A DNA stretch of 60,122 nucleotides, filler included, from Sphacelaria rigidula (lineage: Eukaryota): assembly GCA_964200075.2 (NCBI GenBank). It is 10 parts of 10 records of this genome, joined end to end, with 100 filler letters (N's around TTAATTAATTAA, not from the genome) between each part and the next. Parts side by side here need not be neighbours in the genome. Positions count along the whole stretch, not along the records: positions 1 to 5,923 come from CAXNAA020023458.1; positions 6,024 to 11,946 come from CAXNAA020023459.1; positions 12,047 to 17,968 come from CAXNAA020023460.1; 7 more parts are not named here. One strand, 5' to 3'. Shown here piece after piece: positions 1 to 12,469 of the stretch. The first letter of the stretch is position 1. Every line of letters starts with the position of its first letter. The notes under the pieces were generated by a model. That model was not told the origin of the DNA. It saw nothing but the letters and a program-made list of their open reading frames with translations, and searched no databases. The translations under genes and the position numbers were made by a program.

Positions 1-3000
1 AAAAAAAACGATCGGACATCGTTAAGGGCCCGTACAAATGTAGGTACCTTTACTTATGGGACAGAGGAAGTATACCCTCACCTTCGCCTCATTCGTTATT
101 CATCTCGAGATATGGCGCACATAGGGTTCCATGCGAAAATCAATATACTACGAGCAGAGGCGCGAAAAACACTAAATGTGAATAAAGCATCTCAGTTTCG
201 GAGAGTCGTCCTCCGAAACTTCGTACGGAGAATCGCTAGTGCATGATATATATATATATTTTCTTTTTCTTTTTTTCGTTTTCTCAGGAGAGTTTTGAGA
301 GAACATGAACATTCCTCTTGGATCTTACCTCAGTTTTCAGCTCAATTTCTCGAATTGTGACTTGAAACTGAGAATGGAGAATCGCAGAGGCATCCTGAAG
401 AGAAAAAAATGGGCCTTCACTTCCCTTTTGAGAGACAGGTTCGGGCATTCTCGTGCAAAAACTATGTTTACTGTACTAAAACGTCCTTGACCAGTGAAAA
501 AACACAAATGACCCACTTCTTTTGCTTCATTTTGCCCTGGCGAGGTCCCACACGAAATTCCAAAACACAGTCCAAAAATAACAATCTCAATAAACGCCTG
601 ACCTTGACGTTCCGTGCTGAAAACATTGAACGTTACACTGCCGGCCAATCCTTCCCACCGTTGCCTTACCCGGGTCAGCAACTTGGCAGTGACCGAACCT
701 GCCGGCGCGAACGATCCCCTGCACATACTGCATCGCTCCTGCGATGCCGTGAACTTTGATTGCTCCAAGAGTCTGTTGTATGAAGGGAGCCCAGCTGGTT
801 TTCGCGGTGGAAACTGGACTGCCGCCATGAGGTTGAGGGAGTCCCGATTTTTTCTCCGGAACGCTTCGAGTCCCTCCTGCAGAAAAGCTAAGGCTGATCG
901 CCTCCCCGCTTGTTCACGCGGCCTCTGGGAATCAGAGCTATCCGCAGGCGCCTTAATAGCATCCACCTCCGCACCAGAGCCCACCCATTCATCTCCCTGC
1001 ACGCACAAACCCAGCGCTACCATGTTCCTGTGTTTGCACTTCCCAGTTCCTCGCAGTATGCTTTCTGTGCACCGTTTCCCTCTGGCAGCCTGTGGGGTTC
1101 ACGATACATGGGCGGCCTCGTGCTCCTGAGTGTACACCGACATGTTGATTTGAACATCGACATATGAAAAGTGAGCTCGCCACGGGCCTCGACAGCCTCC
1201 CCGTTCATGTCAAGCACAAATATATCGTTTCGCAATATTGAGATACTGAGCGAGATAGTACCGATAGCGAGTGTACCAGACAGAGTTCCAGCACACGTGT
1301 ACCGACGTCAAATATTTCAGCCCCACTATGCTGTGCACTTGCCACATGTTTAAGCACGTTACCTTGCACATTAATCGCGTCTCCTGGTTGTCATCTTTCT
1401 TCACGTGCACCCACCGGTGCTCCACCGTACGACCCACGCTCTCTCGCACGGCAAAGAACCCCGTTGCACTATTCGTACTAGAGGGGGCACTCCGACAAGC
1501 TCTGCATTCTTCGCCATTTCAACCAACGTCCTCCCGTCCTCCTGCGACAACATACCCTTCCCCGTCGCTTCGCACACATGTTTCGTGAAGATTTCGATGT
1601 CGCAAAATGCCGTCCTCTCGGCAACTTGCATGGTCTTCTCCTTCAGGGCATTGAAAGCTGCGCGAGCGTGACCGCACACGTCGTCGGCCACGCTCTTCAC
1701 TGGGCCGCCGCCGGTTCCGACCTGTCGCCGTCCGCTACCTGCGTGCGAAAGACTGACATGAAAAAGGCGCAGAGGAGAAGACGTCGCTGAGACTCAACGC
1801 CAGCCAGCAGATTCCATGGATCAGACGGTGGAGCCCTAGCCCATCGCATTCGACAGTTTTTAGCTGGGTCCGTCTTACACAATTTTGTCCAAGTTTTCAG
1901 TCCAGCACTAGATATGTTGGCATGACCAACGACAGCACATGAGCGGCCACGACAATCCCGGTTTGACTGTCCGAAACACATTCGAAGGAGCAACCGGTAA
2001 CGGCAACGTGAAGCTCGACGTGGGGTTATTCCCCTTACCACCTTCTCACGTCGCTACCTGGTATTGGACTCCGAAATGAAACAAAGCAGGAGGCGGGATA
2101 ACGGGCGGACTCACGTGTGACACTCCTCTCTTGAGCAGCTGCTCCGGCCTGAGTCTGTATTCACCAGTGTCACCACCCTGTCCTGGGAGGAAGAGGTGCA
2201 TACTGACACTACAGGGCTGGTTGCGGCATCGTGCTTTCCAGCAGGAAGCTTGAAGGCGGTTGGTCGCACATGTCTATTGCCATCCGAGCGCTGCACGCGC
2301 ACATATGGTCGCTTATTACTGTTGCCTTCTTCGACTGCGGCGTGCCTTGCCCTCCATCACTTACACCTGTTTTCATGTCCAACCAACGGGTTGTACATTG
2401 CAGCAAGCGCTAGTGTAATGATCACATGAGGCGAGGCATGCTTTGATGCTGCGCCATCCTCCCTACCGACCCCATGGGGGCGCCGGTCATATCCAGAAAC
2501 AGAACATGTAGAATGTCAACGGCAACAAGCGGTGTATTGATGGGGGAGGGTGGTTGGGGGGGTCTGGAGGGTATGGGGGTAGGAGAATGTACACACTTCT
2601 CCACCTCACATCAGTATTCCGCCGTAATGCGTCAACACGAACTTCCTGGACATTTTGGTGGTACCATACAAAAGGTTGCACATCAATGAGAAACACGTGG
2701 CCCAGATCGACTACCAACACCACCGCGGTCCAAGGGTTAAGTAAATATAAACTGGCTTCGATTCTCAAATGTTCATTACCACAGTCATTTGCAGCTTTTT
2801 CGGGTCATGTGTGTCGTATCCACCGCCGTCTCTTTCGGCCGTGTATTCCACTTGGAAATAACGCTAAACCTGACGCCAAAACATCGCACACATGTACTCA
2901 CACGGAAACACTCCGACGCTGAAACACAGGGAGGGAGCAGCGATACGGGAGGAAATCGAACTTTACCCATCACAGACTCACCCTCGGCATTCGCAAAACT

Positions 3001-3478
3001 GGCAGATGCTCTTGTCGCATCGGCAGCACTTGACGTTGAGGTCACGGTTAAAATCCTTATAGCAGCCGCTGCAAGCCCATCGCCCGCACTTGTTGCCATT
3101 GCATAATTTCCTCCGTGTTTGCCTTGCGAGGTGCATGGAGTTGTACCCACAATGACATTTACAGCAGTGAATATTCAAGGCTACTGCATGGCTGCGCCTG
3201 TCTCCACCGCCTTTACCTGGGATGCGCCGCGCAGCAGTCGCTCGACCACCTCCCGTCGGCGCTCGTCCGAATGAGTCTCCCCCCACGTGCAGGCGGCGCC
3301 CGCCCAATCCCTTCTCGACCGCCTCCCGCCGGCGCTAGTCCTCCCCACCTGCCAGCAGCACCCGCCCACTCACACCTCGACCTGTCAGCGGGGACCGCCC
3401 AAACCAGCACCGGTCGGCTCCTGCCGGCGCTCGGCCACTCCCCGCGGACGCTCGACCGAACGAATCCATCTCAACTGT

Positions 3479-3668
3479 CACCGGTGCCCGCCCACTTCCT
3501 TCCGACCGCTTCCCGCCGGCGCTCGGCCAAGCGAGTCTCTCCCACCTGCCACCGGTGTCCGCCCACTTCCTTCTCGGCCACCTCCCGCCGGCGCTCGGCC
3601 GAGTGAGCCTCTCCCACCTGCCACCGGTGTCCGCCCACTTCCTTCTCGGCCACCTCCCGCCGGCCCTC
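3479..3668. repeat. ~72-bp GC-rich tandem repeat (about 2.6 copies) within a C-rich degenerate repeat region ~3200-3860
   Basis: ccggtg.ccgcccacttcctt starts at 3481, 3552 and 3624. Confidence 0.85.
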
Positions 3669-5784
3669 GACCGCTCCCTGCCGACCCTCGACCGAACGAA
3701 TTTTTGCTAATTATCACCGGCGCTTGCCCAACAACCACACCTCGGTCGCGTCCCGCCAGCCCTCGCTCGAATGAATCTACACCGCCTGCCAACAGCGCCG
3801 ACCCAACTCCTACCCGAGCGCCTACAGGAGGCGCTCGCCAAGATGAGTCTCCACCGTCTGCTGCCGACGCACTTCTGCTCCTTTGTGGGCGTGATGTATC
3901 TCGACGAGGAGCCTGTCTTGCCGTCCCGGCAGACCACACACCAGGCACAGGCACTGGCTATGGTGGCACGACGGCTGCAGCTGGAGCAGCCGTGCGCGAC
4001 GAAGTTGGCCGCCACCTTGCAGCTGAACACGCAAGTGCGGTCGCCAGCTGGCGAGTTGAAGGGTTCTTGTCTTCGCCGATGTCCATGACGGATTAATTGC
4101 GCTTTGTGCAGCAGAAGCACGATTGGTGCTGCTCATGGTTGCTAGCTACGTCGGCCCGGAATGCACTACCCGCACCTTCATCTTCTCTGTGCCAACCTTC
4201 CACAGATCCATCTACCAGCCCGTGTATCTTCGTGAAGCTACGCACAAGTATCAACGGCTGTATCTTCGTGAAGGTACAACATCATCTTTGACTCAACGTT
4301 TCAGACCCGTAGGCACCGTGTGAGATTTGCGAGCTGTTTTTTTTTTTTCACTTCTTGTCATTCTCTAGTGAATTTCGGATAACACTGTTTGTCGTTGTGC
4401 AGTGTGCACATCTCAGCAGGTCAGCCGACAGACGACATCCAATCCACTCATTCAGCAGATCCTCGACAATCAACTATCAGCAGATCCTCAACAACCGACT
4501 GCATTATACCCTACCGAGCACGAACGCAGTATTCGCAACCCGGGCACTGGCAACACCCAGCGGAAAGCGATCTAGGCTGTTGATCGGGATAGACATGATG
4601 AGGGGCGGCAAGCTGGGGCGGACGGAGGGCGAAGAGAAAGTGCGTTGTTGGGTGCTGATAGCACTATTCAGTCCGTTCGATGCGTTTGTTTTGATTGGGA
4701 TGTTGCTATTCTATTATACGGTACGTGTCTGTTGTTGCGCATCGGCATACTTTGCGCCAGAACTCGTGCACGCGATATTGTCCTACTCTGTGACTGAGAC
4801 GGAGTCAATTGGAGTCTCTATCACGAACAATCTGTACTCGCTCATCTTTCGAATTTGAAGCTCTGTACAGGGCAGGTGGGTCTGGAGATGCGGGAGGCAT
4901 TAATCCTAAATGTCAACCGCCACCTGATGTAAGCGCGTGCTCACAAAGCTGACAACGCCAAGTGGCAGAACTCTCGATCCCTACCAGCCTCTAGCCATTG
5001 GCGAATGTTTTGTACTTGACTTCTATCTCAAAATGCTTCCTCTGTGTACAAGATCCCAAGATCTCAAGATTTCCATGATCCACGCGTTTATGGTACAGCA
5101 GGGTACAGTACTGTACAGTAACATAGACTGCTGCGCTGTGCCCACACTGGCAAGGGGCGTGCATGGATTTTTCACCCTCAAACCGTTTGCCCCGGCCAAG
5201 TATAAACCCCGTTGGTGCGGTCTGAGTGAAGCGTGTTTTTGCTGCTGTGCGGCAGCCTGATTCACAAGTACAAGGTAGTCGCGGGTGGGCGACCACAGCT
5301 GCGGGAGCAACATGCGGTAGTAGCAGCACAGCCAGATACTTCGCGTCAGTAGAGCGCCATGCATTCCTCTGCTTGTCTGTTTCCTCCAACACGATCCTTA
5401 GCCAAAGCAATACAAAAGTACTTTTCAGAACAGAATCTGACCTCTTTTCACCTCGTCGCGCGCTGCTGCGATGTGCAACCCTAGATCGAGGCACATATGC
5501 TTGTTGACTGTAGTTCATATGACATGCGACTGAAGTTTTGGCGCTTTGCAACGCAGACAGCGTGCGTACGACAGTGCCTCCCGAACTGAGCGCATCTACG
5601 AGTAGGTGATTTGTGTGGATGACATTGTACATATTGTCATTATCCAGACGGTATCCTTGTACAGATCTATGATCAAGAGGCCTTACAGACTGGAATACGT
5701 TATTCATCGCCCCCAATTCCCGAAAACCTCATTCTAGGCGACGGGTGGGCGGGGGTCACCCCATTTTGGATGGTGAGGTACGTC

Positions 5785-5855
5785 TATCATGAGACCACGG
5801 CTGGACCCCGGGGGGGTCAGTTAAAGTGCGACAATTAATCAATAAAAAAAAATCA
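5785..5855 (+). repeat. Dispersed LINE/SINE-type 3' end (ACCACGGCTGGA...GGGGTCAGT...GTGCGAC + AATC-like tail). Related copies: ~12805-12908 (+), ~16825-17140 (-), ~23790-23990 (-), ~55820-56012 (+)
   Basis: The same ~60-bp core occurs on four contigs. It is usually preceded by a T-rich tract and ctcgggcacgtccat-like sequence, and followed by a short-repeat or A-rich tail. Confidence 0.65.
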
Positions 5856-5923
5856 GGTACCCCCTGATCAGATGAATAATGACGATAGTAGGTACTGTAT
5901 CGTGCAGCACGTGCATGAACGGC

Positions 5924-6023
5924 NNNNNNNNNNNNNNNNNNNNNNNNNNNNNNNNNNNNNNNNNNNNTTAATTAATTAANNNNNNNNNNNNNNNNNNNNN
6001 NNNNNNNNNNNNNNNNNNNNNNN
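5924..6023. other. Artificial contig-joining linker (44 N + TTAATTAATTAA + 44 N). Identical linkers at 11947-12046, 17969-18068, 23991-24090, 30013-30112, 36035-36134, 42057-42156, 48079-48178, 54101-54200
   Basis: The same 100-nt pattern recurs nine times. TTAATTAATTAA gives stops in all six frames. The segments between linkers are all 5922-5923 bp. Confidence 0.98.
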
Positions 6024-6167
6024 GTCGTCATTGCCGTCACCCCGGTAAATACCGGGAGTACGCTCGGTACGGTACCTTACCTACGGTGCCTGTGAAACTT
6101 CGACTGCCCAACTTGCACCCAGATCTGAAACGCTTCGCACTGCCAGATGACAGTTTTGAATTCGGTA

Positions 6168-6431
6168 CAGAGGGTAAGGCAGGTACCCGGTACCGGTATT
6201 TGGGACATCTCATACCCTACCGATACCGACCCAATCCGGTATTTTCGAAACTCATACCCACGATACCTACGGTACCAGGGTATTTCGAGATTTCAGTACC
6301 TACCGTACCCGCCCAATCTGGTATTTTCAAATATCATATCTACGATACCTACGCATACCACGGTATGGGATACCCCGGTAAATACCGAGGTAAATACCGG
6401 GAGTACGCTCGGTACGGTACCTTACCTACTG
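6168..6431. mobile_element. GGTACC/TACC-rich MITE-like element; a duplicate of its right end lies at ~6041-6095
   Basis: Termini CAGAGGGTAAGG / CCTTACCTACTG, interior packed with tacc/ggta motifs. taaataccgggagtacgctcggtacggtaccttaccta.gtgcctgtga occurs at both ~6046 and ~6391. Confidence 0.7.
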
Positions 6432-6880
6432 TGCCTGTGATGTTTTTTTCTTGTCATCTTCATTCATGTATTTTTTGGGAACGTCACGCTAAAGAGTCAT
6501 ATTTTGCAACCAAAGTGCAGTGGTGGCCATGCTTCTGGATCAATTTTTGCGGAACCCCTGCTCCTTGAGGTACACCTTCCCACCCTAACCTCAAATATAC
6601 TGAACTCAAACGCAAAACACACCGCGTTGTATTGCAACAAGTAAACGCAAGTGGACGCGAACGGGTGCAGCAGTTAGTACCACTAGATCGTATAGATATC
6701 GCTTAGCAACGGGTGCAGCTTGCTGTTGACTGCCACCGCGGTCCAAGTGATGAATATGTGCGCTTTGTGCCGATGACGATACGCCACCTGCAACACCCCT
6801 TTCGGCTGGATTCGCCGTGAGAAAACCGTCGCTGGGACTACCGTAACGTTGAGTTGCGAATCACAATATTCACCCTTTAA

Positions 6881-8460
6881 CAGTGGATCCTACTTTTTGG
6901 GGTTGATCTCTAAAATGAGGTAGGTTCAAGTGGCGCATTTTTTTTGCAGGGATGACGCGAAACAGTTACACAGAGCGAAACCATTTCCCCCCCCCAAAAG
7001 TCTGAACCAGTGAAGCATTTGTGGCTAGGTGCACCGAACGAATGCGGTGTACACGCGTGTCGATCACGATATCACCGGAGAGAGAAGCAACGACAGAGAG
7101 GACGCTCCTCGCCCGTGTCCTTTGCGTGTCCTCGCTCGTCGAGTACCAAACTCTCGAGAGACTGGCATCATGCATGTTACCAGCATGTGCCCAATTTTTT
7201 GGGTGATCAGCCTGAATATCGAGGAGCTCACACCAATGCAAAGACCGATTCCTCTCCGTCTCTCTTTTTCGGACAGGACGCGCCTCTGTGCGCTGAAGAA
7301 CATGTTGAAAAAGAGGGCAATGTTCTCGTCACCGCTACTGTTCCTCAGGTCACAAGAGTCTTCTATATCATGCGGACGTTGTTTAGAAATTCTATCTGCT
7401 TTGTTCCTCCGGCGGCAGACGGCAGTCAGTACAGTGGAGTAACGAAAGCTAGCTATGATCGGGTTCGCCTGCCGTACTGCCGCCGGCGTTGGTTGAAAAC
7501 CACAAGACCTTTGCGGTGCGCGGTTGATGGCGTGGGTGTCAAATGCAACGGCGAGGGATTGATCATAGAGCACTCTTGCTCCTCGTGGGGTCATATCCTG
7601 CCCCAGCTTGTAGTGCCTGACGTCCTCATATCGGAATTAGTTCTGAAAAGCTTCTGTATCGAGGTGTTCACGCAGCCAGTGTGTGCTCCAGATTGCAGCA
7701 CGTGCGCACCCCTCTGCACCACGCTAGCAACAGTTAGGTCACCACCACGGGTATTTTTTTTCACTTCGCATGTCAAGAAGGTCTCCACAAGTGTTTGGTA
7801 ACTGGCGTGTGGCACGCTCTTGTGGTCGGGCACCCAGAGGGTCACATGTCGGGTAAAATCAACGATGAATAACACCCCCAAGTTCAAATTGGATGTCCCA
7901 TTGCCGCAGCGCACCGTCCTCGCTGGCACGTATGTGACAGAGAACAATAGCGGTGACGAGAACATTGCTATCTTTTTCGACATGTTTTTCAGCGCACAGA
8001 GGCGCGTCTTGTCCGAAAAGAGAGGCATAGAGAAATCGATCTTTGCACTGATGTGAGCTCCACAGACAGGGAGAGACGGAATATCTCCGCAGCTCGATGT
8101 TCTTTGGGGGGGCTGTGCGCAGCAACATGATACCATGCCTACCGGCACATGAGAAATTGGGCACATGCTGGTAACATGCACGATGCCATTATCTCGGACG
8201 ATTGGTCATCGTCGAACGAGGACACACAAAGGACACGGGCGAGGAGCTTCCTCTCTGTCGTTGCTTCTCTGGTTATTTCGTAATCGACACGCGTGTACAC
8301 CGCATTCGTTCGGTGCACCTAGCCACAAGTGCTTCACTGCTTCAGACTTTTGGGGGGAAATATGGTCTCGCTCTGTGTAACTGTTATGCGTCATCCCTGC
8401 AAAAAAATACGCCACTTGAACCTCATTTTAGGGATCAACCCCAAAAAGTAGAATCCGCTG
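6881..8460. mobile_element. 1.58-kb non-autonomous foldback DNA transposon with long terminal inverted repeats (left ~6881-7345, right ~7941-8460)
   Basis: Left end CAGTGGATCCTACTTTTTGGGGTTGATC pairs with right end GATCAACCCCAAAAAGTAGAATCCGCTG. Inverted similarity continues inward (gtggctaggtgcaccgaacgaatgcggtgtacacgcgtgtcgat; tgcatgttaccagcatgtgcccaattt; gacgcgcctctgtgcgctgaa). No clear TSD. Confidence 0.9.
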
Positions 8461-10194
8461 TTTTTTCCTGACCATCATCCCCTGCCTCAAGCCGTTTGTA
8501 CCCGCACCCCTTCACCCGCTATTGAGAATGCCAACTGGGGTCTCGAGAAGCTGAGTGATGCAGCTTGATTCGCCGACTTTGTCGATCGAATTCGCAGATG
8601 ATCCCCTGGGAAGCGTTATAATATGACGGTTAAGTGAACCTGATTCCCACCAAGGCGTATATGAGCACTCATCAGTCAAACTATATATTAGAAGGCCGAC
8701 CGTAACACCAAACCGGAGTATTGAGCATGGTGAGTTTTGAACAGACCGTCTTTTCAATCGTGTTACCTTGCAGGTTGTCGCTCTTGCGTCAGAGCTGGTC
8801 AAGTGGTATCGTGCTCATGAGAATTCTTCCTGGTACTCCGTTGACCCGGATATAGCTGCAACGTGTGCGAATGGAGCAGGCTCGGTACATGTTGAACGTG
8901 ATGTAGACGGAGAGTCCTCAGATGGAGAGATGGAAGGCTGAACGTCATGCTTGTGAATAGAGAAACGCGGAAAGTGTATGTCGGGGTTTACTCGTGTACA
9001 AAGGATATAGGTGCGCACACTGGCTGTTGATGCAAGTGGGGGTCCTCGTGGACTTACAATCACAAATGTAAAAGAACTGCCGCGTGCTGTTCATGGTTTC
9101 GCAGCGCAACTCTGGCGCAGGATGAAAACGTCTCATGGGCCAATGTCCTAGTGGGCACGGTTTTGTGGTTCACCTGTTGCGATTATGGAGTGAGATGTTC
9201 CGCGATGTGACAGACCAACTCGGTCACTGTTCGAATGATTTCTCACGGTGCCGTAAATGGCCATGCGGGTGGTCCGCGGTGTTCCTTCAACGGTTTTCGT
9301 GACCATCAACGGTAGTGGGCAGTCATGTGAATATAGCTCGTAGTGTTGAGGAAAATTAATGCTGGCACCGAAACCGTCCGAGTTGCGCTAGCTCTCCGGA
9401 GGCTGCTACCGACTGTTGTCCCGCGCCGCCTGCTTGACTGAGCGATCGGCATTATCTTGAAGGCCTTGCTTGTTCCGGCCTGGATATTCTTGGTCACGGT
9501 GGTTGATTATAGATGGCTTCATAGACTTGGTGCGGCACTGCCAATTATGTACAATCTGGGATCTGCGTGCATAGTGACAGTGGTGAAAAATTCGGGAAAG
9601 GGTGGATGGTTGCTTGATCAGCTGGTCGGTAGAGTTGTTCTGCCTCAAAACGTGTGCGGAAGTTGTGACAGATTTGATATTTTTGAATCTTGAATGATGC
9701 GTTTTTTTTTCGTGCCTTGTGCGAATCTACTTGCTGTATCTTCTGCGGGTTGATGTGCCCAGGCACACACCGCAACAGGTTCACGCGGTCAGCATTCCTG
9801 GCTTGACGTTCTAAATAAAAGGAAAGTCTACCGGCATGTCGATTAGTGAGAGCACAGCCAGATACTTCTTGTTTCTCACTCTACCACAGCTATCCTGCGC
9901 TCCGTCGCAATGTTTTGCCGACAATTGACTCGATCCCTGTGGTGCCCGTGAGCCAGCAGGCCACTTAATTTTTTTTGTTGCCGGGGGGTTGGAATGGTTG
10001 TTTTTGGTGGAGACAAAACATGAAGGAACAGGTGCCTCCCACACGCGCGCGTCGCAGACATCACAGCACTTGTGTACAATGCGGGGCCAACGGCAACTGC
10101 CAACCATCTTTTCGCCAGTCATGGGTTGTGAGTCATGCCACGGTAGGGGTTGGGTATTTTGGGCCATTTCTTCTACGCGATCCACTGCACATTG

Positions 10195-10360
10195 TCCTTG
10201 AAAGCAGCAACGGTTGTTCGAACGCGCTTGTTGCCGATAACTAACTCTCATTCATACTGCTTGACACCGTTTTGACGCAAATACAAGCGCACCGCGAGTG
10301 TGTTCGGTCGTCTGCCACACCTGAGAACCCTCTTTTCCGGTGAATCACCCCCCCCCCCCG
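10195..10360. repeat. Dispersed repeat with a reverse-orientation homologue at ~52670-52835
   Basis: cagcaacggttgttcgaac...ttcatac...ttgacaccgttt...aaatacaagcgcaccgcgagtgtg matches the reverse complement of cacactcgcggtgcgcttgtattt...aaacggtgtcaa...gtatgaat...gttcgagcaaccgttgctg. Confidence 0.8.
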
Positions 10361-11431
10361 CCACACCCCAATCGCAGTATGTCTCGAAAGTAGGAAACCC
10401 ACTAACCGCCGCGAGCAAAAACAGCAGTGACAACCCCCACGACAGCGCCATCCGCCACAATGACACACGACGACCGCAGGAAGTCAAATTTCGCTACTAG
10501 CCAACCTTTGATAGAGGACCGTGTCCGGCCCTTCCGCGGTCAAGGCCGATGTCCCGCGGCTCCACTTCACTCTAAAACCCAGAGAACATTTCCGGGTTGG
10601 AAATTTGGCGCACACACCGAATTCGAGGTGCAACTTACGACATCAATCCTCCATGCGCTGGAAAACCTCCCTTTTACATCTGACATTACCAATTCGTGGT
10701 ATGAAAGTTGCTGGTTTTGATAGGGTGAAATCTACATACGAATCAAAGTGACAAATGCTTAGTTCACCGGGCGGCTTGGAGCTCCTACACTCGGGGTCGT
10801 TGTCGCCAATTTTGTCCCTATGAGGCGCTTCATGCATTCTGGAACCAGCCATAATGTGCTGCATGGTCATTTTCGTGACAGTCTTGGGGCTGATTTGGGG
10901 GGGGGAGGAGTGGCATCGCGGCATCACTCCGCATTGGTGAAGTGTCACGGGAAGGATTTGTGCACGGGTCCATGGTTTTTCCAGGGACGGGAAATTAGCT
11001 GCCCCGAGGTGTTATCCTTCGTTTCGGTCTGTGCCAAACGAAGGGTGCCACTGTACCCTGGCTATCCCAGCACTCAGTAAGGGTGTCGATTTATTAATAT
11101 ACTTCCTCTGTCCCAAAAGTCTGGTCGGTTATGGTTGTACGAGCAGTTACCCGTGCCCGATCTGAAGTTCGATGTTTTTTTCGATTTCTCGGCTACGATA
11201 GGGGTCGTACTTTTTGTTTCTGGGTCTCGTGTTCGTAGGAGCCCAAATATATGGGGCTTACTGTGCAACCCAAATCTCTGGGGACAGGACATGGAGATGC
11301 ACACGGGGGCCTTTTCGTGAATCGACATCATTTTCACTTCAATGAAAATGATGCCGATTCTCAAAATGATCCGTGCAACGCCCCGAGAAACATTTTCGCT
11401 CAAAAAGTGTAACCCTACGGTAGCATCACTC

Positions 11432-11830
11432 AAGGGAGGGTTTGATGCGGCGAGCCACCTTTGCCGCACCTTCTTTCTTGAACCACCGCTGCACGGTCTC
11501 CGTACCGTAATGCACCCCGATGTCTTTCAGCTGATTGGACACCTGCCGGAGCGTAAATGACCGATTCTGCTTGTTGACGTTCTTCAGCGCCGCAACATTT
11601 GTTAGCGTGAGGAGTGACGGGCGTCCAGTCCTTGTGTTGCTCGAAAGGTCGACCTTCTGGATAGCGTCGATCTGGGCTTCGTCGTTTTTCCACAATTCCG
11701 TCGGGTACTCGGGACCAATACCGTAGCGTTCGCAAATTGGCCCCAGCGAGCCCTTGGGCACCCTCACCTTGCCTGGTAGGATAGCGAGCGCAACCTCCAT
11801 CGCAATCGCATAGCGGCGACCCAATTGTAG
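11432..11830 (-). mobile_element. Truncated Tc1/mariner transposase (N-terminal DNA-binding region only)
   Basis: The ORF has RTGRPSLLT, RSFTLRQVS, TVQRWFKK and RRIKPSL, i.e. the GRP linker, second HTH and KP.L motif that precede the DDD domain in plant/stramenopile-type mariners. It is cut right after IKPSL by a MITE-type terminus (…aaccctacggtagcatcactc, ending at 11431). Confidence 0.75.
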
Positions 11831-12469
11831 TTCGCCACCCGTTCGGCGAGGGGGGGGGGGGGGGGCACTCGGGGGAAATCCATGGTTTTGTGATGTTTTG
11901 GGGGAAGGTTTGGGGTTTTTTAAAATGTTTTTTAAAAAAATTAAAANNNNNNNNNNNNNNNNNNNNNNNNNNNNNNNNNNNNNNNNNNNNTTAATTAATT
12001 AANNNNNNNNNNNNNNNNNNNNNNNNNNNNNNNNNNNNNNNNNNNNCGCTCATTACTTTCTTTCCGTAGCTCATTACGTTTCTTCCATACATTACACAAG
12101 AACCTCTTACATCGTATCGGGGGAGGGGTGGGGTCGATTTATGGAGAATGACGGAGTCGTCCTGAGGAAGGGGAGGGGTTACAAATATGACGACGGAAGG
12201 AAAAGCAGTACACCTATTCTATATATGTGTATATATGCCCATTGTCTGTACAGTGTATCACGCCGCATTCTGGGTCGTGGGTGAAGAGTACTGATAATAA
12301 TTATCGCAGATCGGCATGCTTGCTGCCTCGAAAGCTGTTGCGTGTGGCCTGTGCAATTTGTTTTGGGAGGGGGGGTGAGTATGAGGTACTTTATTGCCAC
12401 TTCTGATCTCAACCACTCGAATGAACTGAAAACAACAATTTCTCTTGCTGCCGCATTCATTAAAAAAAG

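Noticed and set aside
3115..4136. Several overlapping Pro/Ala/Arg-rich ORFs up to 269 aa
   Set aside because: They arise from a GC-rich 71-72-bp tandem repeat that lacks stops in most frames. There is no domain signal, and one unit is 71 bp, which breaks the frame.
4070..4930. Possible LTR-retrotransposon 3' region with polypurine tract (gagatgcgggaggca at ~4887)
   Set aside because: No TG...CA LTR pair or pol motifs could be identified.
4991..5716. 241-aa minus-strand ORF
   Set aside because: No recognisable domain, no convincing splice context and no codon bias visible; not supportable as a gene.
6086..6568. 160-aa Tyr/Pro/Gly/Thr-rich ORF
   Set aside because: It is a translation of the TACC/GGTA-rich MITE, not a protein gene.
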